A DNA stretch of 64,000 bases from Candidatus Heimdallarchaeota archaeon (GTDB lineage: Archaea; Asgardarchaeota; Heimdallarchaeia; Hodarchaeales; Hodarchaeaceae), in NCBI GenBank assembly GCA_020353515.1, contig CP070695.1, forward strand, positions 3,806,277 to 3,870,276, read 5' to 3'. Under the pieces are notes generated by a model that did not search any database, had not been told where the DNA came from, and saw only the letters and a program-made list of their open reading frames with translations. Position 1 is the stretch's first letter; the number at the start of each line of letters is the position of its first letter. This document shows, piece by piece, positions 27,712-38,188 of this stretch. A program made the translations under genes and the position numbers.

Positions 27712-30678
27712 ATGCTAAAGAGCGTTTTCGATCCAAAATCTATTGAGAGGGATTTAAAACCTAGGATCCAAGGGGATATTGCCATTGATGACATCAGTCG
27801 TAATTTCTTCAGCACTGATGCAAGTGTATATAGGATTGTGCCTTCCTGCGCCGTTTATCCCAAAAATAAAGAAGATGTGAAAACTGTAATAAAATACGCA
27901 AGTAGTAAGGGAATTCCTATCCATGCCAGAGGAGCTGGATCTGGATTAACGGGCTCAAGTCTAGGACCAGGAATTGTACTCGCTTTTAGAAGATATATGA
28001 ACCAGATTATCGAGATAAACGAAGATGAGGCATATACGATTGTGCAACCTGGAGTCATCTGTGGGAATTTGAACCACGAACTAGCTAAGATAGGAAAGAT
28101 TGTCTACGTCGATAATTCATCTGAAAATTATGCCTCTATTGGAGGAATGATAGGAACAAACTCATCAGGGGCACATGCAGCAAAGTACGGATATATGGCT
28201 GATTTTGTTGAAGAACTAACGGTTATTTTAAGTAATGGTGAAGAAATCAAGACTTATCCCATCGAAATTGATTCTGAAGAATATAATAGCAAAGTTACAG
28301 CGGATACATTAGAAGGAAATCTTTACAAATCAGTAGTAGACATGATTAACAATCCAGAGATTCAAGGTCTTATTTCAGAAAAATGGCCCAAGGTTAAAAT
28401 GAATGTTAGTGGCTATAACATAAGAGATATGGTAAAAGACAATATGGTTGACTTATCAAAAGCATTTTTGGGGTCTGAAGCAACTTTAGGAGTTGTTGTA
28501 GAGGCTAAACTTAAATATATTGACAAACCAATAGACAAAACCTTAGTAGTCATGGATTTCGACTCTCTTGCTAATTCAGGAAGAGCTGTAGACTTAATGG
28601 TAAATCAGATAGGAGTTGCTGCTATTGAAATGCTTGGCAAGGGTGTTATTGAATTTGGTATCGAAATGAACCCCGATTTGAAACAATTTATCCCCAAAAT
28701 TGTTGATAATATCCTTTACATTGAATTCGACGAACAAGATCCGAAAATCCGATCTGAAAAAGTCGAAAAAACGAGAAAATTAATTATTGAGCAAGAAAAA
28801 TTAGCCACAGATATGAGATTTTCTGATGATCCAGTTGAACAAACAAACCTTTGGAAAGTTAGAAAAGATGCAGTACCTTTACTTCAGAAAGTTCGTGAAC
28901 CTCGTCGTATTATGGCATTCGTAGAAGATCAAACAGTTCCCTTAGAACATTTAGGGCATTATATGACAAAGTTAAGAGAGGAAGTATTTCCTAAACATGG
29001 AATACGAGCAGCAATCTATGGACATGCATCGAAAGGACTTGTTCACACACGACCATTTGTTAATACAAAGGATCCAAAGGACTTACAAATTATAAAGGAT
29101 GTCGCGGATGAAATCAATTCCTATGTTATCAGTATAGGAGGAGCTGTCTCTGGTGAACACAATGATGGCCTTGATCGTGTAAATTTCATTATAGATATGT
29201 ATGGGGAAGACCTGTACGAAGTATTCAGGAAATTAAAAGCACAATTTGATCCAAATGGAATTTTAAATCCTGGGAAAAAGATTACAGATGAACAAGACCT
29301 AATAATAAAGAACTTACGCTTTGGTGCTGAGTATTCAACTTTAGATATGGACACAAATCTCGTTTGGGATGATAAGTGGGGATTTACAGACGTTATTGAA
29401 TCCTGTCACGGTTGTGGAAAATGTACTGTAGAATTGATTCCCCAAAGAGATTGTCCAATTTATAGAGCAAAAAGAGCAAGTACAGGAGAACTAGCCTCAC
29501 CAAGGGCTCGAGCAAATTTAATGCGTGGTATTATCTCTGGACAGTTAGATTACAAGATATTCCACTCAAAAGAAGCCAGAGAGGTATTAGAAGACTGTGC
29601 AGGATGCATGATGTGCATTGTCGACTGTCCCTCTTCAGTAAACATACCCAAAGCAATGTTTGACGCAAAAATCATGCACTATAAAAAATCAAAGTGGCCT
29701 TTTATCGGAAAAATTCCGAGAGGGCATTATTTCGCAGGTAACTATGAACTTATCGCTCGATTAGGAAGTACATTCGCGCCTCTATCAAATATAGGGTTGT
29801 GGGGACCAAACAAGTACATGATGCAACTCTTTGGAGGGGTTCACCACAAGGCAAACTTCCCAAAGTTTCGTAGAAAAACTTTCCAAAAATGGTTCAAGAA
29901 TTATCGTAAATCAAACCCACCTCCCAGTAATCCTACAAAGAAAGTAGCAATTTTCCATGGTTGTTTTGCTAACTACACCGAAAATACAGATATTGCTATT
30001 GCAGAAGTCCAAGTTCTGGAAAAAAATAACATCGAAGTAGTTGTTCCTGATAAACAATATTGCTGTGGAATTCCACTTCTCTCTAATGGTCTCGGTCATG
30101 TGGCGATTAAGAAAGGTGAGAAAAACGCAAAAATTTTTGCAGAATATGTAAAGCAAGGATACGATGTTGTAACCCAATGTAGTTCCTGTTTCGCCACACT
30201 TAAGGATGAATTACACGATACACTAGTTGGGAACGATGACTCGAAGGTAGTCAAAGATAAAACCTATTTCTTCTCTGATTATATCCTAAAACTTAAAGAA
30301 GAGGGAAATTTAAACACTGATTTCAATGGTTCAACAGGAAAGAAACTTCGTTTTGGCTACCACGAACCATGTCATCTTCTTAGTACTGGTAGTAAAGGAA
30401 TATCTGTAAATTTACTAAAAAATGTAGATAGTATAGACCTAATCCCTCTTAAAACTGAATGTTGTGGTCAGCTAGGATCTTGGGCTTTTAAATCAAAGAA
30501 TTACAAGTATGGGCAAATCATTGCTGAAAGAAGTTTATACCCAGAGGCAAAGAGAGAGGATATTGATGTTCTCGTCACTGATTGTCCTACATGTAAACTC
30601 CAGCTCCTAAATGTTGATAAAGAGATCTATCACCCCACCCAAGTTCTTCGAGACGCTTATGGTTTAGAAAAACCTTAA
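27712..30678 (+). CDS. FAD-binding (GlcD/D-lactate dehydrogenase-like) and Fe-S/CCG (GlpC-like) fusion oxidoreductase
   Basis: RGAGSGLTG, GSEATLG, GHASKGLVHTRP, SGEHNDG, FDPNGILNPGK; CHGCGKC, CAGCMMCIVDCP; CCG domains. Confidence 0.88.
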   Translation: MLKSVFDPKSIERDLKPRIQGDIAIDDISRNFFSTDASVYRIVPSCAVYPKNKEDVKTVIKYASSKGIPIHARGAGSGLTGSSLGPGIVLAFRRYMNQIIEINEDEAYTIVQPGVICGNLNHELAKIGKIVYVDNSSENYASIGGMIGTNSSGAHAAKYGYMADFVEELTVILSNGEEIKTYPIEIDSEEYNSKVTADTLEGNLYKSVVDMINNPEIQGLISEKWPKVKMNVSGYNIRDMVKDNMVDLSKAFLGSEATLGVVVEAKLKYIDKPIDKTLVVMDFDSLANSGRAVDLMVNQIGVAAIEMLGKGVIEFGIEMNPDLKQFIPKIVDNILYIEFDEQDPKIRSEKVEKTRKLIIEQEKLATDMRFSDDPVEQTNLWKVRKDAVPLLQKVREPRRIMAFVEDQTVPLEHLGHYMTKLREEVFPKHGIRAAIYGHASKGLVHTRPFVNTKDPKDLQIIKDVADEINSYVISIGGAVSGEHNDGLDRVNFIIDMYGEDLYEVFRKLKAQFDPNGILNPGKKITDEQDLIIKNLRFGAEYSTLDMDTNLVWDDKWGFTDVIESCHGCGKCTVELIPQRDCPIYRAKRASTGELASPRARANLMRGIISGQLDYKIFHSKEAREVLEDCAGCMMCIVDCPSSVNIPKAMFDAKIMHYKKSKWPFIGKIPRGHYFAGNYELIARLGSTFAPLSNIGLWGPNKYMMQLFGGVHHKANFPKFRRKTFQKWFKNYRKSNPPPSNPTKKVAIFHGCFANYTENTDIAIAEVQVLEKNNIEVVVPDKQYCCGIPLLSNGLGHVAIKKGEKNAKIFAEYVKQGYDVVTQCSSCFATLKDELHDTLVGNDDSKVVKDKTYFFSDYILKLKEEGNLNTDFNGSTGKKLRFGYHEPCHLLSTGSKGISVNLLKNVDSIDLIPLKTECCGQLGSWAFKSKNYKYGQIIAERSLYPEAKREDIDVLVTDCPTCKLQLLNVDKEIYHPTQVLRDAYGLEKP

Positions 30679-30739
30679 ATTCTTATTAAACCGTAAATGT
30701 AAGAGATTTGATTGACAATTCATCTCTCTTCCTTTTTTA

Positions 30740-31196
30740 TTAATATCCCTGAATATATTACAGACAATGTTTGATGAGAGACGGATTGATGCAGAAACCA
30801 GAAAAGGAAAGTTTAACAGTGTTTTTTGCCGAAAATTATATACAGATAAATCTGCGTTTGTTTTGATGAATTTTACTGGAAAGCTAATTGATTTATTTAC
30901 CCTTTCACATGAGCTCGGACATGCTCTCCATGCATACCTTGAAACAAGAAATTACGGATATTTCCTTTCAAATAAGTCTGCAATCTTTGCGTTAAATTTC
31001 GTGTACAAAATTGATGGAAACTAATCGTGAGGGAGGGACCCGAAAATTTAAGCATCTTATGGGAGCAGGAATGTCTTCTATGAAAGAAAAAGGTAGATTT
31101 CTGGGAATTGATTTTGATGATCCAACTTGCTGGGATAAAAGCCTTCAGGAATATAAGAAATATCTTGATGAATATGAAAAATTAATTAATTCATAA
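30740..31196 (+). pseudogene. Oligoendopeptidase F (peptidase M3B) remnant with internal deletion and frameshifts
   Basis: MFDERRIDAETRKGK, TLSHELGHALH (HExxH), then the C-terminal-like LGIDFDDPTCWD in another frame; far shorter than an intact M3B peptidase. Confidence 0.75.
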
Positions 31197-33074
31197 CAAT
31201 CTCCCTAAAAAGTACCTTTCTGGATCGAAAGATCTAAGAAAACATAACCAGTCAGCAGAAGGCGACTTAAATTGAGTTAGGGGTCTTTTTATTTGTAGAT
31301 CCCAACTAATAGTATCTCTAATCTTTTTAAGAATTTGATCTTCATTTGAACCTTCTCCAATATATCCAGTTAATACAAATGTTCCATCCTCATTTTTTTC
31401 AAATAGCGCTTCTGTAGTCACACATGCAGCAACTTTTACACCTGGTACTGTGATATAGGGTACTTTAGGAGGAAATCTTCCAGATTTAAGAGGAATGAGT
31501 ACGATGATTTCATGGGCGTTTGATCCCACATCATTGGCACCCCCAGACCCAAATAAGACAAATGAGTTAACCCTGGTTGAATTAATATTACCAAATTGAT
31601 CGATTTGTCCTGCTCCAAGTATACCAAGACTCTTCGTCTTACGCAGCAATACTCCTAGGGAAGTGATAGAATCAAGAATAGCTGTTGAGGAACGAAGGTT
31701 ATTAAATTCAAATATGTAAGGACTTGCTGGTTTAGGTTGATAACCATAAAAACCGACCTCTGCAAGAAGATTAATGTCTTGGCCAGCCTCACTGAGTGAA
31801 TGTGCCGCTAACCATGCAGCAAGATTAGATGCTCCTTGACCAGCCAAAATCGTAGAATATTTTTCCCTTATAACACGATCCTTTATGAGCTCTGTAGCAA
31901 CCCAAATCATATTCTCGACTGGTGTGGCTGGATGGTCTGATTGAATGATGTATTTCTTCTCTGTTACAATCCATTTCCAGTATGATTCATCTAAATGTCC
32001 ACAATTCGCAGCCAAGTGTTCTATTCCTATTTTTTTTAAATAAGATTCTGGATTTGTGTTATGAATCCATTCTTTTATCCAAGAAGACACGGTTTCAGGC
32101 TTTTTCGCTGCTTCACGAAAATTGATCAGATGATCAAGATCGATATCATATCCAGTTCCCCTTGGTCCATAATGAGAACCAGGATGTCCTCCAAACGGTG
32201 ACTCAATCACAAAATCTACAATTCCCCCTGGAAGTGTTTGACACTGATGAGTATTTGCTAATTTCCTAATCACATCTGTAGGTAATATTTTTTCTGTTGT
32301 TAGTATTACTTTTTCACTTGCAAAACAACCCCAGAGGTTTTCACTGTATGGTGGGAAGACAATTGCGTTTCCTAATTGATCAGCTGCCCAAACATGAATG
32401 AAGCTTATATCAGGACTAAGTTCCTCCACAATGGTGACGTCTTGGCTAGGATTAAAAGGATTGGAAACAGTTTTAAAGAAAACTTGATTATCCAATGCCA
32501 TTGTACTTCCACTGATGGATGTAGTTGGAATGAATTGAAGACCAAGGGCACCAGCGTACAAGCGAAGGGAGATTACCATCAAAGACCACTGTTCGATCTC
32601 GAGACCATTGTCCACAGCATGTTGAAACACAGGAGAAATTCCTGGTCTTGGGTAAACATCCCCAACATAGCTTGTAATCAACTTTGATACTAAGCCTTCT
32701 GCAATTATCAATTGAATTTGACTTGCAGAGCCCAGTGAGATTACTTCAAATTGAGGATTTTTGCCGACAGATTGCCTAATAATCTCCCTAATGGATGAAT
32801 AGGGTAATGCGCTAATACAAGCAAAATGAAGCTGCATCTGTTCTATTAAGGTCTCATTTAGTGCATTTGATAGGTCGGTACGTTTATCAGAATGTACTTT
32901 CTGATAAGTTTTGAGCTTAGATTCAAGATCTTGAGAAAAAGAATGCAAAAAAATCACCCAAAATTGTTTTGACTGGTGTCTTTCAACATGGTCTTTATAA
33001 ATTGTGAGGAGTATTATCACGATATTTGGTAGAGATAAATAATCAGCTTTGAGGTTGAAACGTGGATTTGTCAC
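31191..33074 (-). CDS. Family I CoA-transferase, fused alpha+beta subunits (glutaconate CoA-transferase-like); true start probably downstream of 33074
   Basis: AGALGLQFIPT, PDISFIHVWAADQLGN, LAEVG, GAGQIDQFGNINST, GSGGANDV, YITVPG. Confidence 0.8.
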   Translation of the reverse strand: MTNPRFNLKADYLSLPNIVIILLTIYKDHVERHQSKQFWVIFLHSFSQDLESKLKTYQKVHSDKRTDLSNALNETLIEQMQLHFACISALPYSSIREIIRQSVGKNPQFEVISLGSASQIQLIIAEGLVSKLITSYVGDVYPRPGISPVFQHAVDNGLEIEQWSLMVISLRLYAGALGLQFIPTTSISGSTMALDNQVFFKTVSNPFNPSQDVTIVEELSPDISFIHVWAADQLGNAIVFPPYSENLWGCFASEKVILTTEKILPTDVIRKLANTHQCQTLPGGIVDFVIESPFGGHPGSHYGPRGTGYDIDLDHLINFREAAKKPETVSSWIKEWIHNTNPESYLKKIGIEHLAANCGHLDESYWKWIVTEKKYIIQSDHPATPVENMIWVATELIKDRVIREKYSTILAGQGASNLAAWLAAHSLSEAGQDINLLAEVGFYGYQPKPASPYIFEFNNLRSSTAILDSITSLGVLLRKTKSLGILGAGQIDQFGNINSTRVNSFVLFGSGGANDVGSNAHEIIVLIPLKSGRFPPKVPYITVPGVKVAACVTTEALFEKNEDGTFVLTGYIGEGSNEDQILKKIRDTISWDLQIKRPLTQFKSPSADWLCFLRSFDPERYFLGRLL

Positions 33075-33084
33075 CAGGTGGTGA

Positions 33085-33567
33085 ATGGTGAAGTATCAAG
33101 AAATTGTGGATCCGATCCTGTTTAGACAGCATATTAAACTTAACTATGCTGATGTAGTTTGGAATGCCTACATTCACAAAGAAAAAGTCGAACAACTACT
33201 TAACAAGGAGCTCGTCGGATCCTTAAACTCATTAGTCCAGCTTTTTCTGCAGTATGTTGTAAAAGAGTGGGCTTGTCCTAAATGTTTACAAGTCATACTT
33301 CCATTTATGAAGAATTGTTATCGGGAGCTCCCAGAACGGGGAGATATTGTCTATGTTTCCTCTTCTTCTCTTTTAAGTAACTTTCCTGTATTATCGTGTC
33401 CGCATTGTGAAACACAAATTGTTGTGATAGCCACAAGTGAGCATAGTGATATTTTTGAATTTCGTTATCAATTTATCAAGGGGGAATTTTTTGATCTAAT
33501 TGAGCAACGAGCTCTAACAGATTCTGAAATATCAGAACTTGGCTTAACAAAAAAAGATCAACAGTAG
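33085..33567 (+). CDS. Hypothetical protein with two CxxC motifs (putative Zn-binding)
   Basis: CPKC and CPHC; AGGTGGTGA upstream of ATG. Confidence 0.55.
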   Translation: MVKYQEIVDPILFRQHIKLNYADVVWNAYIHKEKVEQLLNKELVGSLNSLVQLFLQYVVKEWACPKCLQVILPFMKNCYRELPERGDIVYVSSSSLLSNFPVLSCPHCETQIVVIATSEHSDIFEFRYQFIKGEFFDLIEQRALTDSEISELGLTKKDQQ

Positions 33568-33595
33568 TGGATAGACAAAAATTAAGAACACTTAG

Positions 33596-34436
33596 AATAA
33601 AAATACCAACGCAAAATCAAAGGAGGAAGAGGAGAAAACGGTTCAAATTGTTATTTCTAATCCATTTTCCCTTACACCTTCTTTCAATTGGGTGAATCTT
33701 ATTATTGCCCTTTTGTTTATAGGTCTAGCTCTAATTGCAGTAATAGGGTCAGTTATTTTTTGGAAAAAAGGATTTTTGTTCAAAAAACCTTCTGTAACCA
33801 TAGAGACTTTCACTTCTCCCAGTCCCAGCACAGATAGCAAGCAAGCAAGCAACACCTAGTGTACCTACTACTATACCAAGTGCATCAGTGACTATGGATT
33901 CAGAATCACTTCAAGATCTACTTAGGGGTCGAGCTATTGCGATTGATACTCTTACCTCTGAGTTCAGTTGTAGTCAGTTAGAACTCCCCCAGATGATAAA
34001 AAACGCGATTGGTGATTCTATAAGAGGACGTAATCTTGTGATGAAAACAGGTCTATTTCTCATGGAAAATTGTCCACCTAATAAAACAAACTGCCAAATC
34101 TGTATAAGAGAGTTCGAAGGAGAGACCTATTTCCAATGCGAAGACTGTCGGAGGCATGTATGCACCCCTCACTACGTTGATCTGAAAACTGTCGGTTCTA
34201 CTAATTGTCCAAATTGTGGTGGAACCCTGATGTCTTTCCCATTCAGCTGTGAAGGGTATGGTTTAGATTTTAGTAATGTGATTGAATTACCACAGGAAAC
34301 TACTCGATGTCCTCTCTGTAGCTACTCTTTACCCTCTCAAACTGATTTAATAGAAGGAAGAACAAGTGCAATTACTTTTTCTACTCGAATTGAACCATCA
34401 GGAGTGGATTTTGAGTCCGAGAAGAAAGGAAAATAA
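33596..34436 (+). pseudogene. Truncated/frameshifted membrane-anchored RING-like Zn-finger protein
   Basis: Upstream frame encodes TM WVNLIIALLFIGLALIAVIGSVIFWKK plus an S/T/P linker. Frameshift at (AGCA)4 33836-33851 into ORF 33888-34436 with CQIC..CEDC..CTPH..CPNC and degenerate CEGY..CPLC. No start codon upstream of the TM. Confidence 0.6.
33836..33851 (+). repeat. Tetranucleotide microsatellite (AGCA)4 at a frameshift
   Basis: Read directly from sequence; removing one unit restores the reading frame. Confidence 0.75.
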
Positions 34437-34464
34437 ATATGGTCTCTATGGAGACCGAATTGAT

Positions 34465-35331
34465 CTAGAGGTAATTTTTGACTGCTTCAGGGATTTCCCA
34501 GGGCGTCTCGGTGACTTTAGCACCGACTGCCTCTAAAGCGTCAATTTTTCCTTGAGCAGTCCCGACATTTCCAGAGATGATGGCGCCAGCGTGACCCATA
34601 CGTTTTCCTTCAGGTGCACTCTTACCTGCTATGTAAGCGACAACAGGTTTGTCAACCTTTTGATCTTTGATATACTGTGCCACTTTCTCTTCGTCATCAC
34701 CACCGATTTCCCCAATTAATACGATTACTCGTGTCCCAAGATCCTTAACATAATAATCAAAAGCTTCAGTTAATGTTTTTCCTCGAACTGGATCTCCACC
34801 AATTCCAATATATGCGGAAACTCCAACATCGGCATTACCAAGAGCTTTTGTGATTTCATATGACAAAGTACCACTTTTTGCGATAACAGCTACATCTCCA
34901 AAATGAGCCATATCACCAGGCATGATACCTAATTTAATTTTATCTGGGATTAACATTCCTGGAGTATTCGGGCCAATTAGGTTTAATTTTCTTGTCTTCG
35001 CAATCTCCACAAGACGAACCATATCAAAAACAGGGACTCCCTCAGTAATGATACATGTCATATTGACTCCTGCATCTAGACTTTCCATAACAGCGCCATA
35101 GGTGAAACGAGCTGGAACAAAAATGATGCTTGTATCCACTTCCTGTTCGTCGACTGCTTCTTGGACAGTATTGTACACAGGAACTCCAAGTACTTCTTGC
35201 CCACCCTTTTTAGGAGTTACTCCTGCAACAACGTTGGTCCCATATTCAAGCATCAATTGGGAATGGAACCTTCCTTGATTACCAGTAATGCCTTGAACAA
35301 CAACTTTCGAATCTTCACTAATGTACATCAT
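34465..35331 (-). CDS. sucD: Succinyl-CoA synthetase alpha subunit
   Basis: [45 protein letters not shown] (phospho-His). Confidence 0.95.
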   Translation of the reverse strand: MMYISEDSKVVVQGITGNQGRFHSQLMLEYGTNVVAGVTPKKGGQEVLGVPVYNTVQEAVDEQEVDTSIIFVPARFTYGAVMESLDAGVNMTCIITEGVPVFDMVRLVEIAKTRKLNLIGPNTPGMLIPDKIKLGIMPGDMAHFGDVAVIAKSGTLSYEITKALGNADVGVSAYIGIGGDPVRGKTLTEAFDYYVKDLGTRVIVLIGEIGGDDEEKVAQYIKDQKVDKPVVAYIAGKSAPEGKRMGHAGAIISGNVGTAQGKIDALEAVGAKVTETPWEIPEAVKNYL

Positions 35332-35340
35332 ATCACCTTC

Positions 35341-36477
35341 TTATGTCATAACCTCTTTAAGCTTAGCAACGGCATCCATCATATCTTGATAGGCATTAAC
35401 CCCAGCATTATTGAGTATGGCGATACCTTCAGCCTCTCGTGTTCCAGTTAATCGAATTACCATAGGTGGAGCATCTGGGAACTCTTCCATGGTCTGTAAG
35501 ATAGCCTCTGCCACAACATCACACCGTGTAATGCCACCATATATGTTAATTAAGACAGCTCTTGGATTCATCGTATAGATAAGTTTAAGGGCTTCATATA
35601 CACGTTCCTTGCTGGCTCCTCCACCAACATCTAGGAAATTCATTCCTGCCAAACCATGTTGAGCTAGAACGTCAAGTAATGCCATCGTTAGCCCTGCTCC
35701 ATTTGCTAAAATCCCAATTTCGCCGTCGAGTTCGACAAAAGAAAATCCCACTCTTTGGGCTGTTTTTTCTAACTCCGTAAGCTTATGTTTTCGCAATTCC
35801 ACTATTAGCTCTTGACGAAACGCAGCGTTGTCATCTAGAGTCATTTTTCCATCAACAGCGACCACTCCTGAAGGAGTGAGTACCAAGGGATTGATTTCAA
35901 CCAGCTGGGCTTCTCTCTCGATTGTAATTTGCCATAATTTCAGGAAAAGGTCTGTGGCGGAATCAAGAAATGCACCTGAAAAACCTAATCTTTCAGCAAC
36001 ACTTTTAGCTACTTCTTTGCCTAATCCTTTAGCTATAGATATATTTTCTTTGATTATTGCCTCTGGGCGAGTAGCAGCAACCTCCTCAATGTCAATTCCC
36101 CCTTCTGCACTCGCAATAAGGACAAAACGCCGCCCAGATGAATCTAGTGCAATGGAACAATAATATTCATGTTTAATATCAGCCAAGCCTTCTATAAGGA
36201 TCGCTTCGACTCCATATTCACCAACTTTCCTGCTGAAAAACTCTTCACACATAGCAAGAGCTTCATCTCTTGTTTGAGCAATTTTGATGAGTCCCCTCTT
36301 CTTTCGGCTTCCAACAGCTATTTGACTTTTTACTATGGCAGGAAAGGCAAATTGATCGATTTTTTCCTTAATATTCTCCCCTTTTGTGATTACAAGACGA
36401 TCAGCAAGGGGTATATCAAACTCATTAAAAATTTCTTTACTTTCATATTCGAGAAGACGAATTGTGTAAACCTCCAA
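35341..36477 (-). CDS. sucC: Succinyl-CoA synthetase beta subunit (true start possibly ATT at 36462)
   Basis: RLLEYESK, SAEGGIDIEEVA, VEINPL, DDNAAFR, NGAGLTM, NFLDVGGG, NIYGGITRCD. Confidence 0.93.
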   Translation of the reverse strand: MEVYTIRLLEYESKEIFNEFDIPLADRLVITKGENIKEKIDQFAFPAIVKSQIAVGSRKKRGLIKIAQTRDEALAMCEEFFSRKVGEYGVEAILIEGLADIKHEYYCSIALDSSGRRFVLIASAEGGIDIEEVAATRPEAIIKENISIAKGLGKEVAKSVAERLGFSGAFLDSATDLFLKLWQITIEREAQLVEINPLVLTPSGVVAVDGKMTLDDNAAFRQELIVELRKHKLTELEKTAQRVGFSFVELDGEIGILANGAGLTMALLDVLAQHGLAGMNFLDVGGGASKERVYEALKLIYTMNPRAVLINIYGGITRCDVVAEAILQTMEEFPDAPPMVIRLTGTREAEGIAILNNAGVNAYQDMMDAVAKLKEVMT

Positions 36478-36549
36478 ATAAATTGTAATTTAAAAATAAA
36501 AGGGTTGATAGGGAATTTTTCGCACTCTAATTTCCTATTTTGTGCTTAA

Positions 36550-37155
36550 TTAAAAGGTAATACCTAAAAATTCACCTATTTTACCTAATTTTCCTTGAGC
36601 TTTTAGAGCTACATCTTTAAACAGACTCTCACCGTTAGAATCGATTCCTACGATCAAAGGTCCGAATTTATCTACTTCTAACACCCAAAGACATTCCGGA
36701 GTACCTAAATCTAACCAATGAACCTCTTTAACACGTTTTATCCCTTTTGCAGCAACTACTGCGGCACCACCAACGAAGGCGGTATATATTGCTTTATATT
36801 CCTTCATAGCTTTCGCTGTTCTATCTCCCATGCCACCCTTACCAATAACAACATTAACATTAAATGTTTTAATGAATTCATCTTCAAAAAGATCCATACG
36901 TGTTGAGGTTGTAGGTCCTGCGGCAACAATTTCCCATTCATCCCCTACTTGTCTAACTACTGGTCCACAATGATAAACAGCTAATCCCTCGAAATCAATA
37001 GGCATTTTTTCACCTTTTCCTGCAAGATGCAATGCTCTCTCATGAGCTTCATCTCTAGCAGTGAAAATTGTTCCCGATACGTATATCACATCGCCTATCT
37101 TAACTTTTTGTACATCTTCTTTTGAAATTGGAGTTGTAAAATGAAATTCCGCCAT
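36550..37155 (-). CDS. Class I (Fe-S) fumarate hydratase, beta (C-terminal) subunit
   Basis: TARDEAH, YHCGP, AGPTTSTRM, IGKGGM; TCA context favours fumarase over tartrate dehydratase. Confidence 0.88.
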   Translation of the reverse strand: MAEFHFTTPISKEDVQKVKIGDVIYVSGTIFTARDEAHERALHLAGKGEKMPIDFEGLAVYHCGPVVRQVGDEWEIVAAGPTTSTRMDLFEDEFIKTFNVNVVIGKGGMGDRTAKAMKEYKAIYTAFVGGAAVVAAKGIKRVKEVHWLDLGTPECLWVLEVDKFGPLIVGIDSNGESLFKDVALKAQGKLGKIGEFLGITF

Positions 37156-37157
37156 AT

Positions 37158-38054
37158 TTATTCCTCCTTATGTGTGAGAAACTCAACTCGTTTGTCAGGA
37201 TAAATACGAGCTGTTGCTCTTCTTGCAGCCCAGCACTGAATAGCTACTGCAGCAGGTAATGAGGCTGGATGACGATGAGCATATTCGATTTTTACGTCTA
37301 AAGCTGTAGAGAAATCTCCACCTAATCCCATAGATCCAATGCCTGTCATATTTATTGCTTTTAGTAGATCCTCTTCAAGTTTAGCTATCTCTGGATCAGA
37401 ATGTCTTTCTCCAAGTGGGCGTAGTAATTGTTTTTTCCCGAGTTTTAGTGCAATGTCTGCACCACCACCAATACCAACACCCACGACCACAGGTGGACAA
37501 GGTTGGCCCCCTGCATTCATAATGGTGTCAATAACGAATTTTTTTACCCCATTAATACCTTGGCCTGGTTTAAGCATTCCCAAGGCACACATATTCTCTG
37601 ATCCACCACCCTTGGGAAAAGCAGTAATTTCCAAGTAATCTGCTCCAGGAATGAAATCATAATTTATGAATGGAATATGATTTCCCGTATTATCTCCTGA
37701 ATTACCGCCAACAATAGGATTAACAGCGTTTGGTCTTAAAGGAACCTCCTTGGTTGCTCGAGCTGAAGCTTTTCTAAGCATTCCTTCAATTCCAGCAACT
37801 TTGGGAAAATTCTCACCAATATTTACATAATAGATATGGATCCCTGTATCTTGACACATTGGGGTAGATGTCTCATCTGCAATGGTAAAGTTATCCACAA
37901 TTGTTTTTAACGCAGCTTTACTTGTTGGTTGTGTTTCCTGTTTATACATGGTTTTTAATCCTTCGGAAACATCATTAGGTAGCTGTGTCGCAGCAAACCT
38001 GAGTAATTTTACAGCTGTATCTTCAATTATTGTGTTATCAAACGTTTCTGCCAT
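37158..38054 (-). CDS. Class I (Fe-S) fumarate hydratase, alpha (N-terminal) subunit
   Basis: PMCQDTG, PLRPN, PKGGGSEN, GGQPCPP, GVGIGG, HPASLP, QCWAAR. Confidence 0.88.
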   Translation of the reverse strand: MAETFDNTIIEDTAVKLLRFAATQLPNDVSEGLKTMYKQETQPTSKAALKTIVDNFTIADETSTPMCQDTGIHIYYVNIGENFPKVAGIEGMLRKASARATKEVPLRPNAVNPIVGGNSGDNTGNHIPFINYDFIPGADYLEITAFPKGGGSENMCALGMLKPGQGINGVKKFVIDTIMNAGGQPCPPVVVGVGIGGGADIALKLGKKQLLRPLGERHSDPEIAKLEEDLLKAINMTGIGSMGLGGDFSTALDVKIEYAHRHPASLPAAVAIQCWAARRATARIYPDKRVEFLTHKEE

Positions 38055-38188
38055 ACTTATCACAATTCTCAAGTAATTAGTATATGAAAAACTGATAAAA
38101 TGATTTTTTTTGTCATAATAAAAATTCTATCACTTATAACTTATGAATACAATGTAGCCTTTAGAATCAACTAATTTTAATTTGAAAT

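Noticed and set aside
33643-33855. Minus-strand 70-aa ORF
   Set aside because: The plus strand encodes a more convincing TM + linker continuous with the RING-like ORF.
36550-38054. L-tartrate dehydratase (TtdAB) assignment
   Set aside because: Same family, but the position between sdh and suc genes favours fumarate hydratase; not fully excluded.
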